64,000 nucleotides of DNA. Source: an uncultured Gemmatimonadales bacterium (GTDB lineage: Bacteria; Gemmatimonadota; Gemmatimonadetes; Longimicrobiales; Gaopeijiaceae). Both the position numbers and the translations under genes were made by a program. The stretch's first letter is position 1, and every line of letters begins with the position of its first letter. Shown here one piece after another: positions 52,980 through 60,835 of this stretch. Where the stretch lies: positions 636,122 through 700,121 of the forward strand of contig CAWGKG010000014.1 of the NCBI GenBank assembly GCA_963823035.1. The letters are read 5' to 3'. The notes under the pieces were generated by a model. That model worked only from the letters and a program-made list of their open reading frames with translations. It ran no database searches and was not told the DNA's origin.

Positions 52980-53195
52980 TCAATCTCCGCCCTCTCCTTT
53001 CCCGCCCGCGAGAAGTCGATAGAGCACCCAGACGACGGCACCGAGGACGAGGACCACGGGAATCCACCCGAGGAGCTGCCACGCGATGCCCGCGACGACG
53101 ACGGCGCCCGCACCCTGGGCCCATCCGACCACCTGTGCGGTGTTCTTGGCCCGGGTGACTTCCGTCTGCGTGTAGATCTTCTGGGGGAGGGTCAT
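52980..53195 (-). CDS. Small membrane protein
   Basis: 71 aa with two hydrophobic segments. Confidence 0.6.
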   Translation of the reverse strand: MTLPQKIYTQTEVTRAKNTAQVVGWAQGAGAVVVAGIAWQLLGWIPVVLVLGAVVWVLYRLLAGGKGEGGD

Positions 53196-53241
53196 CGCGC
53201 GCGTCCGGAGGGGGGCGGAAGGGGGCCCGGGTCGTCTCCCA

Positions 53242-54621
53242 TCAGACCCAGGGCGCGTCGGGGAGCACGGTCATCGGTGCGCGGCCCGCGCTGAAGCCGT
53301 CCAGTCTGAGGAAGAACGAGCCGACGCCGGCGGCGCCCTGCATGCGTCCCGTCTGGGCCACGAGGTTGTCGGGCTGGACGCGGTTCTCCGCCTGGATCCA
53401 CTTGAGGCCGGCGCCCTCCTCGGTGGCACGGGCCAGGATGTCGTCCGCGGCGCTCCGGGCCACCGACAGGTGGCCCCCGTCCGGCCAGAGGCGATGGAGC
53501 GAGAGGAAGAACTCCCCGACCCCCGCGTTCCCGCAGCACTGGCTGATGTTCTCCCAGTAGCCCGGGGAACGATCCACGGGCGCCCCCATGGCCGTGATGC
53601 CCCGGGCGTAGCAGTCCACCCGCTCCCGTCCGGCGCCGGCGCCCGTGACCTCGGCGAGGCGGTGGTACAGCCGCGCCGTCCCGGCACCCCCGTGGCACCA
53701 GCTCAGGTAGAAGAGGTCGCGGCCCCCGGGCTCGTGGTGGAAGACCTTGCACGCACCGGATGCGTGCTCGGACACCGCGTCCAGGTACGCGGCACCCGCC
53801 TGCGCAGCGTCCAGGAAGACACGCTCCCGCGTGGCGCCGTAGAGCGTGGCCAGCGCGTAGGCCACCCCCGCCGTCCCGTGCGAGAAGTTGGGATAGAGGT
53901 TCGGCACGCTCGGGGCCACGGCCCACTTGAGCCCGCCCTCCGCGCCCACCCCCAGCTCCGCGAGATGCCTGCCCCCGCGAAGCGCCAGCTCGGTCGCGCC
54001 GTCGTCGCCGAGCGTGCGAGCGGCGTACAGCAGGAAGAGCGAGATGCCGGAGATGCCGGAGATGATGTCCGCCGACTCACCCCACGTCACCCCCGCTCCC
54101 GCGGGCTCGGCCGCGTCGCCCAGGAGCGACACCGCCCGCCGGGCGGCGTCCCGGTGCTTCGCGTCCCCGGTGCGCCGCCAGGTCTCCGCGAGCACGAAAC
54201 CGAGGCCGGCGACCCCGGTGTAGAGGCCGGCGTCCGTGCCGATGGTGGTCAGGGCGGCCGTCAGGTCGGCGGCGCCGGCCACCGCTTCGTCCAGATGGGC
54301 ACGGTCGCCCGTGGCGTCGTAGAGCTCGAGGTAGAAGAGCACGACGCCCGGCGTGCCGTTGTAGAGATCGCGCTCCACCGAGTCCGGCTTCGCGGGGTCG
54401 GCGGGCCAGGCGAGCCCTTCCGACGTCCGCACGCGCGAGGTCCGGATCCAGCGCTCGGCGCGCAGCGCCACGTCCGCGTCGGACCCGGTGGTGACCCGCA
54501 GCCGGTGCACCCGCTCCGCCAACGCCTCGGCGCGCAGGGCGGCGGGCAGCGACGCGAGGCCGGCCGCGCCCAGCGCGCCCTTGAGGACGTCTCGACGACT
54601 GAGCGGCCGGGCGTCGGGCAT
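53242..54621 (-). CDS. LanC-like (lanthionine synthetase C) protein with Tat signal
   Basis: SRRDVLKG Tat motif; seven GxxG loops (YNGTPG, YTGVAG, ISGISG, SHGTAG, WCHGGAG, QCCGNAG, MQGAAG). Confidence 0.88.
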   Translation of the reverse strand: MPDARPLSRRDVLKGALGAAGLASLPAALRAEALAERVHRLRVTTGSDADVALRAERWIRTSRVRTSEGLAWPADPAKPDSVERDLYNGTPGVVLFYLELYDATGDRAHLDEAVAGAADLTAALTTIGTDAGLYTGVAGLGFVLAETWRRTGDAKHRDAARRAVSLLGDAAEPAGAGVTWGESADIISGISGISLFLLYAARTLGDDGATELALRGGRHLAELGVGAEGGLKWAVAPSVPNLYPNFSHGTAGVAYALATLYGATRERVFLDAAQAGAAYLDAVSEHASGACKVFHHEPGGRDLFYLSWCHGGAGTARLYHRLAEVTGAGAGRERVDCYARGITAMGAPVDRSPGYWENISQCCGNAGVGEFFLSLHRLWPDGGHLSVARSAADDILARATEEGAGLKWIQAENRVQPDNLVAQTGRMQGAAGVGSFFLRLDGFSAGRAPMTVLPDAPWV

Positions 54622-54994
54622 GATCCATCCCTCCAGCGGGAGCGTGCGCGTACGCGGTTCATCATACCGGGGAGGGCCGTGGGAGCAAGCGGGAAAGCCG
54701 AAAGGCCGTCGCCGACTGGGACGTACGACGGCACGTACGCCTCAGCTCTCGCGGACGTACGACGACGGGAAGACGGGCAGGACGATCCCCTGACGAAGGC
54801 GCGAAAGGTGGCCGAGCCTCGCCGTGACCTCGCCCCGGAGCGAGGCGTCGGTACGGGCCCGCATACCGTTCACGGGCTTCGTCGACGGGTGAGCTGTCGT
54901 ACGAGCGGGGACCATCGACTCGAGCGCGACTGGGGGGACGTGCTCGAGAGAAATGGCCCCCGCAACGCCTGTCGTGCCCTCCATCCTCCACGCC

Positions 54995-57106
54995 ATGACC
55001 GACGACAGCGCTGTCGTGCCCCTGGTGGACCGCGAGCTGAGCTGGCTGTCCTTCAGCCACCGGGTCTTGCAGGAGGCCCAGGATCCCCGGGTACCCCTGT
55101 TCGAGCGCCTGTTCTTCTGCGGGATCTTCTCGGCCAACCTCGACGAGTTCTTTCGCGTCCGGGTCGCGTCGCTGAGGAGCCTCCTGCGCCTGGGCGCCGA
55201 AGATCACGACGAGCTCGGCGTCAATCCGTACCGGCTTCTCCACGACATCCACGAGACCGTGGCGACACAGCAGGACGCCTATGGGCGGATCCTGCGCGGC
55301 CTCGTGCAGGAGCTTCGGGACAACGGCGTCCACCTCGTGGACGAGACGTCCGTGACGGACGAGCAGGGCGCGTGGCTCGGGGAGTACTTCCGGCGCGAGG
55401 TGGAGGGGCACCTCCACCGTGTGGATCTCGAGCCGCGGGACGGCAGCGCGTTGTTCCTCGAGAACAAGGCGACCTACCTGGTCGTGGAGCTCTGGCCGCG
55501 TGACCCGGGCGAGATCACCCGGTGGCGACCGACCTACGCGCTGCTGCGACTACCTGTGCCACCGCTGGAGCGGTTCGTGACGCTGCCGTCGGACGGGGAC
55601 GAGACGCACGTGATCCGACTGGACGACGTCCTTCGATACAACCTCCACGCGTGTTTCCCGGAGAGGGAGGTGGGTCGCGCCTACGCCGTGAAGCTCACCC
55701 GCGACGCCGAGCTCCACCTGGACGACGAGTTCGACGGGGACTTCGTCGACGCCATCCGCAAGAGCCTCGGCCGCCGCGCCACGGGCGTGCCGAGCCGCTT
55801 TCTGTACGACATGAACACGCCCTACGTGCTCACGCACACGCTCCAGCACGGGTTGAGTCTGGCGGAGGAGGACCTGGTCGTAGGCGCCCGCTACCACAAC
55901 CTGAGCGACTACATGGCGTTTCCCCGATTCGGCCGCTCGGACCTCGCCTTTCCCGACTGGCCCGAGCTTCCCCACCCCGAGCTGGAATCCGCCCGGTCCA
56001 TCCTCGACGCGGTGGCTCGTCGGGACCGGGTCATCCACACGCCCTACCAGTCCTTCTCGTACGTGGTGCGATTCCTGGAGGAGGCCGCCGAGGACCCCGA
56101 GGTGGAGACCCTGTGGCTCACCGTGTACCGGGTGGCCCGGGACTCGGCCGTCCTGAACGCCCTTCGCCGGGCCGCCGAGAACGGGAAGCGCGTGACGGTG
56201 TTCCTGGAGGTGCAGGCCCGGTTCGACGAGGAGTCCAACCTGGAATGGGCGGACCGACTCGAGGCTGCGGGCGTCAACACGCTCTACTCCATGCGAGGAC
56301 TGAAAGTCCACGCGAAGCTGGCCCTGATCGGCCGACGGGAGGACGGGCAGCGGCGGCTCTACGCCTACGTCGGCACCGGGAACTTCAACGAGAAGACGGC
56401 GCGGATCTACACGGACCACGGCGTCTTCACCGCGGATCCCCGCATCACGGACGACGTGGAGCGGGTGTTCGCGTTCCTCGAGGGTAGGATCGACGCTCCC
56501 GCCACCGAGCACCTGCTGGTGGCGCCCACGACGCTGCGGAGCGGGTTCTACACCCTCATCGACGCCGAGATCGACGCGGCCCGGCGAGGCGAGCCCTCCG
56601 GCATGACGCTGAAGATGAACGCCCTGGAGTGCCCCGAGATCATCGGGAAGCTGTATGAAGCGTCGCGGGCCGGCGTGCCCATCAGGATCATCGTCAGGGG
56701 GATCTGCCGATTGGTGCCGGGCGTCCCCGGCATGAGCGAGAACGTCGAGGTCCGGTCCATCCTCGACCGCTACCTGGAGCATGCCCGGATCTACCGCTTC
56801 CACGCCGGGGGTGAGGATCACCTCTACCTCGCGTCCGCCGACTGGATGCGCCGGAATCTCAACCGCCGCGTCGAGGTCGCCATGCCCGTCTACGACGCCC
56901 GCGTGAAGGGGCAGCTGGAGAAGCTCCTGGAGATCCAGTGGGCGGACAACACCAAGGCCCGGATCATCGACGCGGAGCGGACCAACCGGTACGTGCCGGC
57001 GAACGGGACCCCGCTCGTGCGTTCCCAGGAGGCGTTCCGGGAGTATGTGGCGTCCTTGACCGCCGGCGCGGCTCGTGCCGTCGGGGCGGAGGGCGCGGAC
57101 GTGTGA
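54995..57106 (+). CDS. ppk1: Polyphosphate kinase 1 (alternative start 54953)
   Basis: RELSWLSF, NLDEFFRVRV, TRDAE, HTPY, ARFDEESN, KVHAK, GTGNFN, RYLEHAR, SADWM.RNL.RRVE. Confidence 0.95.
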   Translation: MTDDSAVVPLVDRELSWLSFSHRVLQEAQDPRVPLFERLFFCGIFSANLDEFFRVRVASLRSLLRLGAEDHDELGVNPYRLLHDIHETVATQQDAYGRILRGLVQELRDNGVHLVDETSVTDEQGAWLGEYFRREVEGHLHRVDLEPRDGSALFLENKATYLVVELWPRDPGEITRWRPTYALLRLPVPPLERFVTLPSDGDETHVIRLDDVLRYNLHACFPEREVGRAYAVKLTRDAELHLDDEFDGDFVDAIRKSLGRRATGVPSRFLYDMNTPYVLTHTLQHGLSLAEEDLVVGARYHNLSDYMAFPRFGRSDLAFPDWPELPHPELESARSILDAVARRDRVIHTPYQSFSYVVRFLEEAAEDPEVETLWLTVYRVARDSAVLNALRRAAENGKRVTVFLEVQARFDEESNLEWADRLEAAGVNTLYSMRGLKVHAKLALIGRREDGQRRLYAYVGTGNFNEKTARIYTDHGVFTADPRITDDVERVFAFLEGRIDAPATEHLLVAPTTLRSGFYTLIDAEIDAARRGEPSGMTLKMNALECPEIIGKLYEASRAGVPIRIIVRGICRLVPGVPGMSENVEVRSILDRYLEHARIYRFHAGGEDHLYLASADWMRRNLNRRVEVAMPVYDARVKGQLEKLLEIQWADNTKARIIDAERTNRYVPANGTPLVRSQEAFREYVASLTAGAARAVGAEGADV

Positions 57107-57657
57107 CGGGAGACGTGCGTGGGACCGACTGCGAGCCCGGAGCGCACCCCGTCGTTCTCTTCGACGGAGTCTGCAACCTGTGCAACGCCGCCGTGCAGTG
57201 GCTCATCGAACGCGACCCTTCGGGGCGGTTCCGATATGCGTCGCTCCAGTCGGAGGTGGCCCGTGGACTCCTCGCGGCGCGCCTGAGTGAGGAAGAGATC
57301 GCGGCGCTGCCCGACGCGATCGTGCTGATCGACGGGGCCGGCGTCTACACCCGCTCGGCCGCGGCCCTGCGGATCGCCGGGAAGCTCGGCCTGCCGTGGA
57401 AGGCGCTGGCCGCGTTCCTCGTCGTGCCGGGCTTCGTGCGCGACGCGGCTTACCGGTTCATTGTGCGCAACCGCTACCGATGGTTCGGGCACCGGGAGGC
57501 GTGCATGGTGCCCACGCCCGAGCTCGCCGGGCGCTTCCTCGACGCCGCCGAGCGTTCGACGTCTCCAGGGTCCTCGTGCGGTACCACCTCGGCTGGTACA
57601 TGCTCATCTACGGTGGGTGAAGATCTTCCCCCTCCAGATGCCGGCATCGGGACCTGA
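57103..57657 (+). CDS. DCC1/DUF393 thiol-disulfide oxidoreductase; true end uncertain
   Basis: GTGA overlap with the ppk1 stop; VLFDGVCNLCN, RFRYASLQS, RSAAAL, YRFIVRNRYRWFG. Confidence 0.85.
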   Translation: MTGDVRGTDCEPGAHPVVLFDGVCNLCNAAVQWLIERDPSGRFRYASLQSEVARGLLAARLSEEEIAALPDAIVLIDGAGVYTRSAAALRIAGKLGLPWKALAAFLVVPGFVRDAAYRFIVRNRYRWFGHREACMVPTPELAGRFLDAAERSTSPGSSCGTTSAGTCSSTVGEDLPPPDAGIGT

Positions 57658-58173
57658 CCGGCTCATCCAGCCCTACGGCGACTCCTCGCCGATGGGGCTT
57701 GTCTGGACGTTCGTCGGCGCGAGCGTGGGATACGAGATCTTCTCGGGTCTCTTCGAGGCGATCTCGGGCTATCTGCTCTTCTGGCGCCGGACCGCGCTCG
57801 TCGGGTCGCTCATGGCGCCTCGTCGAGTCGTTCGCGCAGGACACCCTGGTCGACCGCGAGAACGAGGACGCCGCGCGCTGGGTCCGGCTGGGCGTGAACT
57901 TGCCGTCGCTGACCACGATCCAGCGTGCGAACGGCGTGGCCGTACGGATGCTCATGGCGCTCGACACCCTCGCGCACACCGTCTCCTTCTACGATCGGGG
58001 CGCTCAGCCGCCCGGCGAGCCCCAGTTCCGCTACACGGAGCCCGAGGAGGGCGTGCTGCGGCTGGAGGGGACGTTCGAGGAGAAGCCGACGACCGTGGTG
58101 ATGCGGAGGACCGAGCAGGGGCGCGGCTGCACGCGGGTACCGCTGGATCAACGGGTACCCGTTCAACCGCTAG
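57560..58173 (+). pseudogene. Fragmented DoxX-like membrane protein
   Basis: Pieces in different frames: RYHLGWYMLIYG, VKIFPLQMP..DRLIQPYGDSSPMGLVWTFVGAS..LLFWRRTALVG, LRLEGTF, GYRWINGYPFNR*. Confidence 0.6.
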
Positions 58174-58248
58174 GGAAGCTCTGCAGCCGAGCTTCGCTGG
58201 AATCGTGCGCCGCTGATCCACCCCGGCCGCAGGACTTCGAAGTTCAGG

Positions 58249-59292
58249 TCAGTGTGTGATCGCCACGAACCATGCCGCGACGATCGGTCCCACCGGTCCG
58301 CGCCGGCCGGGTCGGGGCGGCGGCGACCCGGCCGGAGGCGGCCCGTACTCGGGCTGGAAGAGGTACGCCGTGTGCGTGACCGGATCCACCGTGATGGTCT
58401 TCGCACGGTCGACCGTCTGGACCGTGGCGAGGACGGTGTAGTGGTCGGCCGAATCCTGATGCGCGACGGTGACGTTGCCGTCCCTGCCCGCCGGGATGTA
58501 GATGAGCCTCTCGCCGGGGTCCCAACCCAGCGCGTCTACGCCGGCTCCGTTCGCGATCTCCGCGACCACCTTCCCCGTGGCCGGGTCCATCACGACCGAG
58601 GTGCCGCTGCACCCGGAAATGATCCGGGCATTCGTCGCGTCGTACGCGATGCCCGTGGGACCCTCGCACGGAGCCATCGGCCACGTGGCGACGGACTTCA
58701 TGGTGGCTTCGTCGATGACCTCGAGCATGCTCGTGCCCTCGAGGTTGACGAAGAGCTTGCCCTTGCCGTCGCTGGCGGCGCCCTCGGGCGCGTTGTCGGC
58801 CAGCTCCACCTGACCCACCACGTCGCCGGTCTTGGCGTCGAGCGCGGTCAGCGTGCCGATGGGGCGGCTGTGGTTGGTGAGGATGATGCGGTCGGAGTAC
58901 GCATCGTACATGATCCCGTCGAGGCCGCCCGCGGGCACCTTGATCTTCCGGATCGGGGCCAGGGTCTTCAGGTCGAACATCGTGACCGTGGAGTCCCCGG
59001 CGTTGCTCGTGAAGCCGTGGTTCGAGCTCGGGGCGAGCGCCACCCCGTGCATGTGGGGCGTGTCGGGGATGTCACCGAGCACCTTTCCGGTACGTCCGTC
59101 CACCACCATCACGTGGGTGCTGCGCGAGACGAACACGCGGCCGGTGCCCGGCTCGGCGTTGACGTAGTCGGTACCGCCTTCGCCTCCGATGTTCCATTTG
59201 CGCGCGGTGAAGGTCTGCGCGCTCGTCGACGAAGGGAGCAGCAGCGCGACGGCGACCGCCGTCGAGAGGGTATTCCGGTCGAAGGGGGTCAT
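58249..59292 (-). CDS. Secreted YncE/YVTN-type beta-propeller
   Basis: Signal peptide; GGEGGTDY, VFVSRSTHVMVVD, HGVAL, CEGPTGIA, AKTITVDP. Confidence 0.85.
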   Translation of the reverse strand: MTPFDRNTLSTAVAVALLLPSSTSAQTFTARKWNIGGEGGTDYVNAEPGTGRVFVSRSTHVMVVDGRTGKVLGDIPDTPHMHGVALAPSSNHGFTSNAGDSTVTMFDLKTLAPIRKIKVPAGGLDGIMYDAYSDRIILTNHSRPIGTLTALDAKTGDVVGQVELADNAPEGAASDGKGKLFVNLEGTSMLEVIDEATMKSVATWPMAPCEGPTGIAYDATNARIISGCSGTSVVMDPATGKVVAEIANGAGVDALGWDPGERLIYIPAGRDGNVTVAHQDSADHYTVLATVQTVDRAKTITVDPVTHTAYLFQPEYGPPPAGSPPPRPGRRGPVGPIVAAWFVAITH

Positions 59293-59369
59293 GGCGGAGT
59301 CCCAGGCGAGAGACATGATGCCAGGACCATAATCCGCCAACCTTAACGCAGGATTTCCGGGCCCTCCGA

Positions 59370-60335
59370 TCAGGCCACCCTCCGTCCTGGACGGCTCCCC
59401 GCAGCGCGCTCGACCAGGAAGTCGCACAACGCCCCGGTCAGGTCGACGTCGGCGAGCGCTTCGGCAAAGAGAAACGCGCCCTGAGGGTTCGCCTCCAGCC
59501 AGATCAGATCACCGTCCTCGTCCAGCTTGGCATCCATGATGGACATCTCCAGGCCCAGCCGGCGGTTGAAGGCGATGAGCTTCCGCGCATGCTGCTCCTC
59601 GAGGCGGAACGGTCGCATCGGCACGTCGATGTTCGGCCTCCAGTCGAGCGCGTCGCTCTCCACCTCCACGGCCAGGACGCGCTCGCCGAACACGTGGATG
59701 CGCAGGTGGCGGCGGCCGGGCACTTCAGCCTGATAGATGGCCGGACAGAGGCGGATGGAGTCGTCGTCCTCGAGCTCCGCGGGCGTGATCGGCACGGTCA
59801 GCAGAGGGATCTCCATGGTCCCCTGCACCTTCTTGAGCACCAGTCCCTCGAGCCCGTGTTCCGCACGGAAGCGACGGAGCGCCTCGGGGTCCTGTCCGAC
59901 GAAGGTGGCCGGGATGCGAAGTCCCACGGCACGGGCGGCGCGCAGCTGGAGGATCTTCAGCTCCGCGGCTCGACCCGCCTGGGGGTCGTTGATCCACGCG
60001 CCGGTGAAGTCGCTCATCAGCGCCCCCATCAGCGCACTCCGCCACTCGGCGGTGGCCAGCCTCAGCAGCCTGGGCTCCTCCACCCAGGGGTGTGGAAGCT
60101 GCTCCTGATGGGCGCGGCGCCACCAGATCGCGTCCAGCTCGGCGACCTCGATCCAGGCCCCCTCGTCGGTCCGGATCCGGCCGGAGCAGGAATCGCTCCA
60201 TGCCAGCCCGCCCTGGGCGATCAGATCGTTCGTGGGGACGAAGTGGCAGGTCACCCCCCGCTTCCGGAGGCGATCCTGGACGACGAGGCCGTGCATCTCG
60301 TGCTTGAGCGCGAAGATCGCGATCTGGTGGCTCAT
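59370..60335 (-). CDS. ATP-grasp ligase, MvdC/MvdD-like (putative graspetide synthetase)
   Basis: RBS GAGGAG; DAIWWRR, WINDP...AELKILQLRAARAVGLRIPATFV, CPAIYQ, LRIHVFG, LDWR, LEANPQG. Confidence 0.88.
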   Translation of the reverse strand: MSHQIAIFALKHEMHGLVVQDRLRKRGVTCHFVPTNDLIAQGGLAWSDSCSGRIRTDEGAWIEVAELDAIWWRRAHQEQLPHPWVEEPRLLRLATAEWRSALMGALMSDFTGAWINDPQAGRAAELKILQLRAARAVGLRIPATFVGQDPEALRRFRAEHGLEGLVLKKVQGTMEIPLLTVPITPAELEDDDSIRLCPAIYQAEVPGRRHLRIHVFGERVLAVEVESDALDWRPNIDVPMRPFRLEEQHARKLIAFNRRLGLEMSIMDAKLDEDGDLIWLEANPQGAFLFAEALADVDLTGALCDFLVERAAGSRPGRRVA

Positions 60336-60356
60336 GTCCCGCTCCTCGTCGACCGC

Positions 60357-60644
60357 TCAGGTGTCGCAGTCGTGGTCGACACACACGGGCTTGTCGCCCA
60401 CGTAGCTGAACGTGCCGGTCTCGCCGTCGCCCGTGGGCTCCTCGTAGCCCAGGGTGGGCAACTTGGAGATGCTGTTGGCCACGAGCTCCCGGTAGAGCCG
60501 GAGCTTCTCGGGGGTGTCCATGGGCTCGATGCGGTCCGGCTGCTGGCCCAGGATCTTGAGCGTCGGGTGGGCCTTCAGGTACGGGGCGACGTTGGAGGGC
60601 TTCCGCTTCGTCGCCTTCGCCGCGGTGCGTGAGGTGCTGGGCAT
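60357..60644 (-). CDS. Putative graspetide precursor peptide (95 aa)
   Basis: ATG 60644; GC3-rich codons; stop 21 nt before the ATP-grasp gene; C-terminus TGTFSYVGDKPVCVDHDCDT. Confidence 0.8.
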   Translation of the reverse strand: MPSTSRTAAKATKRKPSNVAPYLKAHPTLKILGQQPDRIEPMDTPEKLRLYRELVANSISKLPTLGYEEPTGDGETGTFSYVGDKPVCVDHDCDT

Positions 60645-60835
60645 GTTCCACCATCCGTTGGAGTGAGCCGGGGGGCTGTACAGAGAGAGGCGACGTTCTC
60701 GGCCCGAGGTGGACACGCGTACGTGGCGTGCGCCACGGCGAGAGCAGCGGATGGCGCGACGCGCCGGGTGGGTCCAGCTTGGGAGGCGCCCTGCCCGCGT
60801 GCCCGATCCGCCCATCCCGACCCAGCTACGAGACC

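Noticed and set aside
54041..54064. Tandem GAGATGCCG repeat
   Set aside because: It is the coding repeat ISG-ISG-IS within a LanC GxxG loop.
54790..54835. Hammerhead-like CTGACGA...GAAA core
   Set aside because: Only 6 nt (AGGCGC) lie between the core strands with no closing pair, and no stem I complement follows the candidate cleavage site.
53242..60644. LanC-like enzyme acting on the Cys-containing graspetide precursor
   Set aside because: The genes are about 5 kb apart and separated by ppk1, no dehydratase is present, and the LanC-like protein appears Tat-exported. Nothing supports a link.
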